Of a DNA stretch of 64,000 nt, positions 55,559-64,000 are shown one piece after another. Source of the DNA: an uncultured Spirochaetota bacterium. GTDB lineage: Bacteria; Spirochaetota; Spirochaetia; SZUA-6; Fen-1364. The position numbers and the translations under genes were made by a program. The DNA is taken from contig CAWGAA010000001.1 in assembly GCA_963820525.1 (NCBI GenBank), positions 1,024,001-1,088,000 on the forward strand, given 5' to 3'. The notes under the pieces are model-generated. The model ran no database searches. It worked only from the letters and a program-made list of their open reading frames with translations, and had not been told where the DNA came from. Positions within the stretch are counted from its first letter, which is position 1. Each line of letters begins with the position of its first letter.

Positions 55559-56635
55559 CTACCTCACCGAGAACTTGTGCACCGTGGTCGAGGAGTACCT
55601 GTGGCCGGGGGCCAGAACCACCGATGGGAAGGCCGGCTTGTTCGGCGAATCGGGGAAGTGCTGGGTCTCCAGGCACAGCGCGCTTCTCCTGCCGTAGGAC
55701 CTGCCGCTCTTGCCCTCGATGGTCCCATCCAGGAAGTTTCCGGTGTAGAACTGGACTCCCGGCTCCGTGGTGAGAACCTCCATGAACCTCCCGGACACAG
55801 GCTCGTGAACGGTGGCGGCCGTGGCGAGCCCTTCCGGCTTCTGACGGTTGATCACCCAGTTATGATCGTATCCGCCGCCGAGCTTGAGCTGTTCGAAGTC
55901 GGCTCCGATCCGCTCACCCACGGCGTGCGGCTTGGTGAAGTCCATGGGGGTGCCGGCAACCGGCGCAAGCTCTCCCGTCGGGATCAATCCCGCGGCAACG
56001 GGCGTGTAGCGGTTTGCATTGATCGTGACCACGTGGCCCAGGATGTCTCCGTTCCCCTCCCCGGCGAGGTTCCAATAGGCGTGATTGGTGAGATTCACGA
56101 TGGTGGTCCTGTCCGTGACCGCCGCGTATTCCATGGAAAGCTGGTTTCCCGTGTCCAGCCAGTACGTGACGGTCACATCCAGGGTTCCCGGAAAGCCTTC
56201 CTCTCCGTCTCCGCTCCTGTAGGCAAGCTCGACGCCGGCCGCTCCGGGCTTCCGCACTTCGCGAGCAAGCCAGACCGCCTTGTCGAAGCCCTTTTTGCCT
56301 CCGTGGAGACAGTTGGCCCCATCATTGGCCGCCAGGCGGTATTCCTTTCCCTCCAGCGTGAAGCGGGCCCCGCCGATACGGTTCGCGTAGCGTCCCACGA
56401 TGCAGCCGAAGAATGGGCTCGCCGTGAGATAGCCCCCCAGCGTCTCATGCCCCAGCACGACATCCGCGAACCGGCCCGACTTGTCGGGCACCAGAAGGGA
56501 AACGATGATTCCCCCGTAGGTGGCGATGGAGAGCGCCATTCCCTTGGGATTGGAAAGGCTGTACAACTCCACGCTCTTGCCGCCCACCGTGCCGAACGGC
56601 TTCTTCGAGATAGTGACTTCCGCTTTTGCCTTCAT
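55559..56635 (-). CDS. galM: aldose 1-epimerase
   Basis: GRYANRI, LHGG, NLTNHAY, YDHN, CLETQHFPD. Confidence 0.93.
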   Translation of the reverse strand: MKAKAEVTISKKPFGTVGGKSVELYSLSNPKGMALSIATYGGIIVSLLVPDKSGRFADVVLGHETLGGYLTASPFFGCIVGRYANRIGGARFTLEGKEYRLAANDGANCLHGGKKGFDKAVWLAREVRKPGAAGVELAYRSGDGEEGFPGTLDVTVTYWLDTGNQLSMEYAAVTDRTTIVNLTNHAYWNLAGEGNGDILGHVVTINANRYTPVAAGLIPTGELAPVAGTPMDFTKPHAVGERIGADFEQLKLGGGYDHNWVINRQKPEGLATAATVHEPVSGRFMEVLTTEPGVQFYTGNFLDGTIEGKSGRSYGRRSALCLETQHFPDSPNKPAFPSVVLAPGHRYSSTTVHKFSVR

Positions 56636-56684
56636 AGCTTGAGAGTATGATTGCCCGCCAGCGGAGTTGTCAACGTGGCTCCGG

Positions 56685-57512
56685 CTATCGTATGAACCCT
56701 GCGATGTTAATCCGGAAAATCTTTCCAAACCTGTTGCTGGGGCCATAGAGAAAATCACTGTTCTGAGCAGTCTTTCCGAACCGAAGCATATCGATATAGG
56801 GATTCTTCTTTTCTCCAGTTTCCATCAGAATTTTCTCTTTTGCGTGTTTCGATAATAAATAGAATGATTCGTATTCAGGACCCTTTATGACAATGGTATC
56901 GCCTCGAATCTCGACGTATTCAGGGCAGTATTCAGCATCGCGGAAAACTGCTGTTAACTCTCCCCTGGTACCGTCTTTCTTCAGCGTGCACCGGATCAAC
57001 TGGCCGTTATTATTCTCACAAAAATAGAGGTTTTGATAACCCGCATCAAATCTCATACCGATGATATTTTCAATTCCTTTGCCTGTTTCTTTTTCGCCAT
57101 CGATAAAAACCGATTTCTTCAAATCCGGCGTATATCTGAATATTTGACTGCCGCTTGATACGAACATGTTCCCTTTATCGTCGAAGACAATACCGCAGGC
57201 CCCATAGTTGCCAGGAAATGCTTCCGGTCCGAAGATCAAATCGAAAATATAGAGGTTGGCCGTTTCCGGTGTTCCGAGCTCTTCAACCACTGCGAATTGG
57301 CTTGCCTTGCCGTCCTGCGTTATTTTAAGCACGGAAAAACCGGATTTGATGACATACATGTTGCCTTGCTCATCCATCACGATCCCATGAAGGGAACCCT
57401 CTAATTCGGCAAAAACTTCTGCTTTGACAGTAGTTTCAGCGTACGCCGCGAGAGATACTACAAACATCAAGAGAAGCTCTAAAACAAAGCTTTTTTTAAA
57501 CAACCTGTTCAT
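56685..57512 (-). CDS. AT-rich secreted beta-propeller protein (SMP-30/gluconolactonase-like)
   Basis: SD GGAGG, signal peptide, repeated GIVxDxxGNxYV blades. Confidence 0.65.
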   Translation of the reverse strand: MNRLFKKSFVLELLLMFVVSLAAYAETTVKAEVFAELEGSLHGIVMDEQGNMYVIKSGFSVLKITQDGKASQFAVVEELGTPETANLYIFDLIFGPEAFPGNYGACGIVFDDKGNMFVSSGSQIFRYTPDLKKSVFIDGEKETGKGIENIIGMRFDAGYQNLYFCENNNGQLIRCTLKKDGTRGELTAVFRDAEYCPEYVEIRGDTIVIKGPEYESFYLLSKHAKEKILMETGEKKNPYIDMLRFGKTAQNSDFLYGPSNRFGKIFRINIAGFIR

Positions 57513-57615
57513 AACAACCTCCACAATAAAAAGTTTCTCTCTGAAAACTTCTGCCAGGTGCAGCCTGTCGCACGGCAGTCGTTGCATTATTCGAAACTGC
57601 CGGCTTGTTTTCACC

Positions 57616-57644
57616 TTGACGCGCGCGCGGAGGCGTGCTAAACT
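57616..57644 (+). promoter_or_regulatory. sigma70 promoter of metK
   Basis: TTGACG-N17-TAAACT with an extended -10 TG. Confidence 0.75.
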
Positions 57645-57661
57645 CTTTTTTGGACCGGTGG

Positions 57662-57717
57662 TCCCGTGGATCGATTTGCGGTGTATTGCAACCACGAAAA
57701 AAAAAGCTAAAAAACCA
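57662..57717 (+). ncRNA. SAM-II-like riboswitch aptamer
   Basis: TCCCGTGG..GATTTG....TTGCA.CCACG...GCTAAA: P1 CGTGG/CCACG with SAM-II hallmark motifs, located in the metK 5' UTR. Confidence 0.65.
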
Positions 57718-57785
57718 GGAACAAATCCCTTTCGGATTCCCACCTGAGTTTTTTAAGCCCTGCACCTCTAAAGGAGGTTTCACCC

Positions 57786-58947
57786 TTGACTTCAAGAGAC
57801 GAGTTTGTATTCACGTCAGAAAGCGTCGGTGAGGGGCACCCGGATAAAATCTGCGACCAGATATCCGATGCCGTGCTGGACGAGGCGCTGCGCCAGGACA
57901 AGAACTCTCGCGTTGCCTGCGAGGCTTTCACCACGACGGGGCTGGTCCTCGTGGGCGGAGAGATCACGACTTCCGGCTACATAGACCTGCAGCAGGTTGT
58001 GCGCGGAGTCTTGAAATCCATCGGCTACGACGATCCGTCCTACGGCATCGACTACCAATCCTGCTCCGTGATATCCACAATCCAGAAGCAGTCTCCCGAC
58101 ATCGCCCAGGGGGTGAACGGAACCGGCCTGCACCACGAGATGGGCGCGGGAGACCAGGGCATGATGTTCGGCTACGCCTGCGACGAGACGCCCAGCCTGA
58201 TGCCGGCGCCCATCACCCTGGCGCACCAGATCATGCTCACGGCATCCCGGGTGAGGAAGAGCGGCGAGCTTACCTTCCTCAGGCCTGACGGCAAATGCCA
58301 GGTTTCCGTGAAGTACGTGAAGGGAAAGCCCCAGCGGGTGACAACCGTGGTGCTCTCCCACCAGCACTCGGAGGAAGTGAGCTACAAGGAGCTGCAGCAG
58401 GCGCTGATAGAAGAGGTCATAAAGAAGGCCATCCCCGCCGAGCTTCTGGACTCGCAGACCATCTACCACATCAATCCCACGGGAAGGTTCGTGATCGGCG
58501 GGCCCCACGGGGACACGGGGCTCACCGGGCGGAAGATCATCGTGGACACCTACGGCGGAATGGCGCGCCACGGCGGCGGCGCCTTCTCCGGCAAGGACCC
58601 GACAAAGGTGGACCGCTCCGCCTCCTACATGGCGCGCTACATTGCCAAGAACATCGTGGCGGCGGGCCTCTGCTCCAAGTGCGAGGTGCAGATCGCCTAC
58701 GCCATCGGCATCGCCAAACCGGTTTCTTTCTACGTCTCCACGTTCCAGACGGGAAAGGTCGCCCGACGAGAAGATCGAGAAGGCCGTGGAAGAGGTGTTC
58801 GACCTGACTCCCCGGGGAATCATCGACACCCTTGACCTTCTGAGGCCGATCTTCCGCGAGACCGCCTCATACGGCCATTTCGGCCGGGACGGGTTCAGCT
58901 GGGAGAAGACGGATAAGGTGGAAGCCATCAAGGCGAAGCTCCGCTGA
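57786..58947 (+). CDS. metK: S-adenosylmethionine synthetase, frameshifted near 58761-58764
   Basis: [25 protein letters not shown]; the C-terminal FDLTPRGII...YGHFGR...WEKTD lies in another frame. Confidence 0.93.
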
Positions 58948-59100
58948 TGAGGTCGCGGCGGGCGCAGGCTGCCTCATCGGCAGCCTTTTATTAAACGGCG
59001 AAACGTCGGCTGCATAATAAAATAAAGTCTCCCTGAATATGCCCTCCTGACGATGTATAGTTTAATGGTGCGTCTCGTGCCTCGCACCAAGGAGGTACAT

Positions 59101-61050
59101 ATGAACATGCAAAAGAGTTTCCTCTTAATCATAACGGCTGCACTGGTCCTGGTTCTTGGAAGCTGCATTGTCGGAAGCACGAGCGGTACCGTCACGTCAA
59201 ACGACATTGCGAACTTTCAGAAGATCTTCATGTCTTCCTACTTTGCCGAGCGCGGGGGGCAGCCCGGCGGCGCAAAAGCCCTGACGCCGTTCCTTCAGGT
59301 CTCTTGGAGAAGCGGCGCGCGCGCAACGATCCCCGTCAACCAGCTCACCGACAACTCCTTCACAAACCTGACCCCGAAGAGCCTGCCCAACTACCCCGAG
59401 CCTGGGCAGACCACGAGCTTCACCATCGTCATGCGCGACACCACAAACTACGTGTACGACATCACCGCGACGACCACCTACCCCGCCGGAGACGCCAGGT
59501 CCAGCTACGTGGAGGAGTACTACATCAAGGACATAACGCCGGGGAACTGGTCCACACCTGACGGCCTATGGACGGTGGACGATCCGGTGGTCAAGCTGGA
59601 TGCCGGCACGTGGGTGCAGGATCAGAAGTCTCGGGTAGCGCAGGTGCTAACCTTTGCCGACGGAACAGTGCGAAACGAAACCATCGTTTCATCGACAAAC
59701 AACTGGGGATCGGCCCCGACGAATCTGCCCAAGTTCGCTTCCTTTGACGTCAGCGGATCCCTCGACTTCGGGCAATTCTTCTACCCGACAACGGACACGG
59801 GCGCCCAGTTCTCGTCGGTCGTCGTTTACAGCGTCACGCCGTCAACCAATCCCGACTTCTGGTTCTGGCAGGGGGCCCAGGGGCAGAACGTCCTGGGGAT
59901 TCGCTACTACACCGAGTTCAAGGATACCGGAGCGGGCAAGTTCTACGCATACACCATCCTGTTCGAAAAGACCATTTCCACCCTGAGCACCCAGGCCGTA
60001 GCAACTCCACAGACGTGGCAGACCGTCTTTGTGGGCTCCCAGTTCGACACCCTGGCGGAGTCGGTGCTGCGGCAGCAGGTCACTTACAATCTTAGCGGGG
60101 ACAACCCGGATCTGAACACGGGCGTGAGGGTAACCAACATGCAGTCCAGGGTGGTGAACATCACGGGACAAAAGGATTTCTTCCTCCAGGAGCTGAACTC
60201 GGATTACGCCACGTTGAGCGGGTGGGACACGACCACAGTCTACACCCCCAGCGGCGATGCGGCTGAAATCCTGGCGGGAGATCCGAGCAAGTTCCTCTAT
60301 AGCCGGACCGCCACCGAGCCTTCAGGAGGACAGCCGCTCGCGGTGGCAAGCACATCCGGCCTCGGAGACCTGGCAAGCCTCTACACCGCCATCCAGGAAG
60401 GCGCCCTGGCTCAAAACACCGGCACGACCATCCCGGGTGCAATTCCCTCCACAACGCAGGATCTCTCGTTCAACGGCAACCAGGGGAGCACCCAGCCTTA
60501 CCAGGCAAGCTTTGACCTCTCCACCAAGGGAACGGTTGAGGCGTGGGTCTACATCAAGCAGCATACCGACACGGGGGGAATCGTGCACAAGGGCGTCGCG
60601 GCCGACTTCTCCGATGAGTGCTACTCGCTTCAGTTCTGGGGGAACCAGGGGCAGCTGGCGCTGGTGCTGGATCCCACAACGGCAACGGGGAGCGGCGGCT
60701 ACGACCTTTTGACAAGCACGATAAACCTGAACAAGAACAAGTGGTATTACCTTGTTGGCACATGGGACACCACGGCGGCAACTCCCTACATGCGCCTCTA
60801 CATCAATGGGGCATTGAACGCCAGCAAAAATCCCGCAGAGTGCGTTGCCCATGGCGGCGTGCGCACAAACAGCTCCGATCTTTTAATCGGCTCCCAGCTT
60901 CCGGTATTGTACAACGTTACCTACGGATATTTCGGCCTCAACGGCGCCATCAACGGGGTGCGCATTTCCAGCACTGCGACCGCCGCAGCCGACATTCTTA
61001 CCTTCTACAACACATACAAAGGCGATACCAAAGACTGGCCGCATCCCTGA
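59101..61050 (+). CDS. Thr-rich lipoprotein with C-terminal LamG/concanavalin A-like domain
   Basis: SD AGGAGGT, lipobox LGSC, TVEAWV..WYYLVGTWD..LYING..LLIG. Confidence 0.8.
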   Translation: MNMQKSFLLIITAALVLVLGSCIVGSTSGTVTSNDIANFQKIFMSSYFAERGGQPGGAKALTPFLQVSWRSGARATIPVNQLTDNSFTNLTPKSLPNYPEPGQTTSFTIVMRDTTNYVYDITATTTYPAGDARSSYVEEYYIKDITPGNWSTPDGLWTVDDPVVKLDAGTWVQDQKSRVAQVLTFADGTVRNETIVSSTNNWGSAPTNLPKFASFDVSGSLDFGQFFYPTTDTGAQFSSVVVYSVTPSTNPDFWFWQGAQGQNVLGIRYYTEFKDTGAGKFYAYTILFEKTISTLSTQAVATPQTWQTVFVGSQFDTLAESVLRQQVTYNLSGDNPDLNTGVRVTNMQSRVVNITGQKDFFLQELNSDYATLSGWDTTTVYTPSGDAAEILAGDPSKFLYSRTATEPSGGQPLAVASTSGLGDLASLYTAIQEGALAQNTGTTIPGAIPSTTQDLSFNGNQGSTQPYQASFDLSTKGTVEAWVYIKQHTDTGGIVHKGVAADFSDECYSLQFWGNQGQLALVLDPTTATGSGGYDLLTSTINLNKNKWYYLVGTWDTTAATPYMRLYINGALNASKNPAECVAHGGVRTNSSDLLIGSQLPVLYNVTYGYFGLNGAINGVRISSTATAAADILTFYNTYKGDTKDWPHP

Positions 61051-61072
61051 GAAGCGGAGCAGAAAGAGAATC

Positions 61073-61102
61073 AAGCCGCGGCCCTGTGCCGCGGCTTTTT
61101 TT
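61073..61102 (+). terminator. intrinsic terminator
   Basis: AAGCCGCGGC-cctgt-GCCGCGGCTT followed by a T-run. Confidence 0.85.
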
Positions 61103-61149
61103 CGGCAGGGTATACGCCCGTTTGCGGCCGCTTCATGCTGAGAAGCTCG

Positions 61150-61178
61150 TTGCGCCCCGGCCCGGCCGCGGATACAAT
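61150..61178 (+). promoter_or_regulatory. sigma70 promoter of amrS
   Basis: TTGCGC-N17-TACAAT, 10 nt before the ATG. Confidence 0.6.
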
Positions 61179-61188
61179 AATCACCGCC

Positions 61189-62181
61189 ATGGCCGGCAAA
61201 GCCCTTCACTTCCAAACGCGTCCTGACGGACGGGTGGCCTGCACCCTCTGTCCGAACGCCTGCATCATCGCCGAGGGAAAGCACGGAGTCTGCAGGGTCA
61301 GGTTCAACCGGGGCGGCAGCCTGGAGATTCCCTTTTATGGAAAGATCTCCTCCATCTCGGTGGACCCGATCGAAAAGAAGCCGCTCTACCACTTCCACCC
61401 CGGTGCCGGCATCCTCTCCGTAGGGTTCGTCGGCTGCTCGTTTCACTGCAAGTTCTGCCAGAATCACCGCATCTCCCAGACAACGGACGTGGAGACTCGA
61501 TCCATCTCCCCCCAGGAGCTGGTGCAGATAGCCAGGCGGGAAGGCTCTTTCGGCATCGCCTACACGTACTCGGAGCCGCTCATCCACTTCGAGTACATCA
61601 TGGACTGCTCGCGCCTGGCCAGGGAGAGCGGGATCAAGAACGTCCTCGTCTCAAACGGATACCTGCAAGAGGAGCCTGCCAGGGAGCTGATCCCCCTCAT
61701 CGATGCGGCAAACATCGACCTCAAGGCCAACGATCCCGCGTTCTACACCTCCGAGGTGGGAGGCGAGCTGGACGAGGTGAAGAGGTTCATCTCGCAGGCC
61801 GCAGGCCGCACGTGGCTGGAGGTCACCACCCTCGTGATTCCCACCAAGAACGACGATCCGGCGCAGATCGAGGAGATTGCCCGCTTCCTGGCATCCCTGG
61901 ACAAGGACATCCCCCTGCACCTCTCCTGCTACTACCCCACGTACAAGTACACGCTGCCGCCGACGCCTCCTGAAACGGTCCGCGCGCTGGCCGAGGTTGC
62001 CAGGCGCCACCTCTCCTTTGTGTACATCGGAAACGTCGGCTACGAGGAGACCAACACCTCCTGCCCCAAGTGCCAAAGCCTCCTGGTGCGCAGGCGCGGG
62101 TACGACGTCACGGTAGAAGGTATTTCAGACGGAGCCTGCTCGAGCTGCGGAGAGCCGGTGAGGATAGTCGGCCTCGCCTGA
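61189..62181 (+). CDS. amrS: AmmeMemoRadiSam system radical SAM enzyme
   Basis: CxxCPxxC N-terminus, DPIEKKPLYHF, CSFHCKFCQN, AYTYSEP, YIGN. Confidence 0.9.
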   Translation: MAGKALHFQTRPDGRVACTLCPNACIIAEGKHGVCRVRFNRGGSLEIPFYGKISSISVDPIEKKPLYHFHPGAGILSVGFVGCSFHCKFCQNHRISQTTDVETRSISPQELVQIARREGSFGIAYTYSEPLIHFEYIMDCSRLARESGIKNVLVSNGYLQEEPARELIPLIDAANIDLKANDPAFYTSEVGGELDEVKRFISQAAGRTWLEVTTLVIPTKNDDPAQIEEIARFLASLDKDIPLHLSCYYPTYKYTLPPTPPETVRALAEVARRHLSFVYIGNVGYEETNTSCPKCQSLLVRRRGYDVTVEGISDGACSSCGEPVRIVGLA

Positions 62182-62262
62182 CATTATTGACTATACTCGT
62201 ACTTGAAAGGCTTGACGTCCCGGCTTGCCCCGGACATCTCTGTTTTCAGAGGAGGGACTCGT

Positions 62263-62443
62263 TTGACAGTCATCACGGATGAGCAAATCCGATGGGACGA
62301 ACGTGACCGGTATCGGTATCTTCAACGCCTCCCCCGATGCCACGAAGGAGATCATGGACGGGGACCCCGGAGTGCAGGCGGGGATCTTCACCTACGAGAT
62401 TCACCCCTGCCGAGGCTTCCCCGGGAGCAGCCTTCCCAAGTGA
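62263..62443 (+). pseudogene. internally deleted YCII-related gene remnant
   Basis: SD GGAGG and TTG start MTVITDEQIR, joined out of frame to DGTNVTGIGIFNAS..IMDGDPGVQAGIFTYEIHPCRGFPG*. Confidence 0.6.
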
Positions 62444-62772
62444 GCGCGGGCGCCCCGCAGCAGGGCGTCTATTAGCCGGCGCCCAGCCGCCGGCCCCAAG
62501 AGAAAAATCCGGGCGTGCCCCGCCCGCGGGGGGGCCCGTTTCAAGCTCCAAGCCCCATTACAAACCGCCCGCGGGCGGGTCGCGTGCTCCGCTTCAAGTC
62601 CTCGGCGCAGATCACAAACGCAAACAGAGGCACCCTGCCCCAGCCGGCTGATAGCCAGCCTTATTCGGGCGCCTGCGGGCTTTCCGCTTCGCCCGCTCAC
62701 GCTGAGGAGCCCTCCTTTCGGCGGGCTTGTCTCGAGGCGTTGCGGGCGGGCCTTCGGGGACGAGCTTGGAAT

Positions 62773-62801
62773 TTGCCTTTTCAACAGTTTATTACTAAAC
62801 T
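62773..62801 (+). promoter_or_regulatory. promoter with overlapping palindromic operator
   Basis: TTGCCT-N17-TAAACT; palindrome AGTTTA-ttac-TAAACT at 62786-62801. Confidence 0.7.
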
Positions 62802-62807
62802 ATTCCT

Positions 62808-63254
62808 ATGAAAAGCGCTGGACGCGAATTACGGGACACGGCACGGCGTCCTGCCATCATGGCCTGGCTGCGCATGGCGCGGATTTATCAGAAGGTCAAC
62901 GCGGCCTCGGCCGCTCACTTCCGTTCCGCGGACCTGAGCGTCGGACAATTCGACGTCCTGGCTCATCTAGGGACCCATGAGGGAATTACCCAACAGGAAC
63001 TGGCGAAATCCCTGCTTGTGACAAAGGGAAATGTTTCCCAGCTTCTGGAACGGATGGAGAGTCGAAACCTTGTCACCCGGTGCCAGGAAGGCAGGACCAA
63101 GTGTCTGCGGCTTTCACCCACGGGACAGCGGCTCTACCGTTCCACGGTGCCGGCGCAAGAGTCATTGATTGACAGGCTGTTTTCTTCCCTGTCCCGGAGA
63201 GACCAGGAGACGCTGCATGTGCTCCTCCGGAGACTTGACAGGGGGATACGATAG
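62808..63254 (+). CDS. MarR-family regulator
   Basis: QFDVLAHL..ITQQELA..LLVTKGNVSQLLERME wHTH. Confidence 0.9.
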   Translation: MKSAGRELRDTARRPAIMAWLRMARIYQKVNAASAAHFRSADLSVGQFDVLAHLGTHEGITQQELAKSLLVTKGNVSQLLERMESRNLVTRCQEGRTKCLRLSPTGQRLYRSTVPAQESLIDRLFSSLSRRDQETLHVLLRRLDRGIR

Positions 63255-63298
63255 GCCCGCCTCAGGCGAGACTGCCTAAACACTGAAGGAGACGTGAG

Positions 63299-63958
63299 AT
63301 GATTCAGCAAAGATCCGCGAAGGATCTTGATTTCAAATATCGTTTCATCCCGGCGGATGCCGAAGGGCTGCCGACCCTGCTCCTCCTCCACGGGACGGGG
63401 GGAAACGAGAATGATCTGATAGATTTGGGGAGATTTCTTGCGCCAGGAGCGGCACTGCTCAGTCCGCGCGGCAAGGTGCTGGAAAACGGCATGCCGAGGT
63501 TCTTTCGCAGGTTCGAGCAAGGAGTCTTCGATCTGGAAGACCTGCGTCACAGAACCGAGGAGTTGGCGGGGTTCGTGGCTGCGGCCGCACAAGCATTCGG
63601 TCTCGATCCGTCGAAGGTGGCGGCGGTGGGATACTCCAACGGCGCCAACATCGCCGCCAGTCTTCTCCTGCTCAGGCCCCGCGTGTTGGCCGCGGCGATT
63701 CTTTTTCACGCCATGGTCCCGCTGGTGCCGGAGCCTCTCCCCGATCTCCGAGTGAAACCTGTGTTCCTGACCGCCGGCAGGCAGGATAGCATGATTCCCC
63801 CGTCGGAGACCGAGAGGCTGGCGAGCCTTTTGGAATCAGCGGGGGCTTCCCTCACCGTGGCCTGGCAGCCGGGAGGACACTCTCTCTCCCGTGGGGAGAT
63901 GGAGGCTGCGCGGGAGTGGCTTCGGAAGCTTGAAATAAAAGCGGGAAAAGTAAGTTGA
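63299..63958 (+). CDS. phospholipase/carboxylesterase (MhqD-like alpha/beta hydrolase)
   Basis: LLHGTGGNE, PRFFRR, GYSNGAN, D and GGH. Confidence 0.88.
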   Translation: MIQQRSAKDLDFKYRFIPADAEGLPTLLLLHGTGGNENDLIDLGRFLAPGAALLSPRGKVLENGMPRFFRRFEQGVFDLEDLRHRTEELAGFVAAAAQAFGLDPSKVAAVGYSNGANIAASLLLLRPRVLAAAILFHAMVPLVPEPLPDLRVKPVFLTAGRQDSMIPPSETERLASLLESAGASLTVAWQPGGHSLSRGEMEAAREWLRKLEIKAGKVS

Positions 63959-64000
63959 GATTCACATGGGATGGGATTCCCATTTTGGAGGTTTTCAATG

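Noticed and set aside
62444..62770. Hairpin-rich GC intergenic region as an ncRNA or riboswitch
   Set aside because: No recognisable family motif; stems are expected by chance at this GC content.

Overview
High-GC bacterial chromosomal window, most likely from a spirochete (Spirochaetia). This is inferred from the two FlaB flagellins, the Treponema-like orders flaB-flaG-fliD-x-PilZ-tsaE-tsaB-HD and flgN-flgK-flgL-fliW-csrA, infC-rpmI-rplT-zapB-zapA, and a PlzA-like protein. It holds a complete minus-strand rRNA operon (16S-tRNA-Ile-23S-5S), SAM-cycle genes (ahcY, metX/metW, metK), a flagellar filament/c-di-GMP cluster, an MrfA/MrfB-like helicase-nuclease pair, and mfd, ftsH, trpS, pfk, galM and glgC, plus a few accessory genes. 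I saw no CRISPR array, integrase or transposase. The most notable observations are: (1) a SAM-II-like riboswitch in the metK leader with an atypical poly-A pseudoknot strand; (2) a 1015-aa HEAT-repeat protein fused to an intact class III adenylyl cyclase domain; (3) GGA-loop CsrA-type hairpins in the leaders of both flaB genes and flaG, near fliW-csrA; (4) frameshifts in short C/G runs of fliD, tsaB and metK, probably assembly errors; (5) a 61-bp tandem repeat, an AT-rich inserted gene, an internally deleted pseudogene and several apparently leaderless genes. All calls come from reading the sequence by eye; no searches were run.
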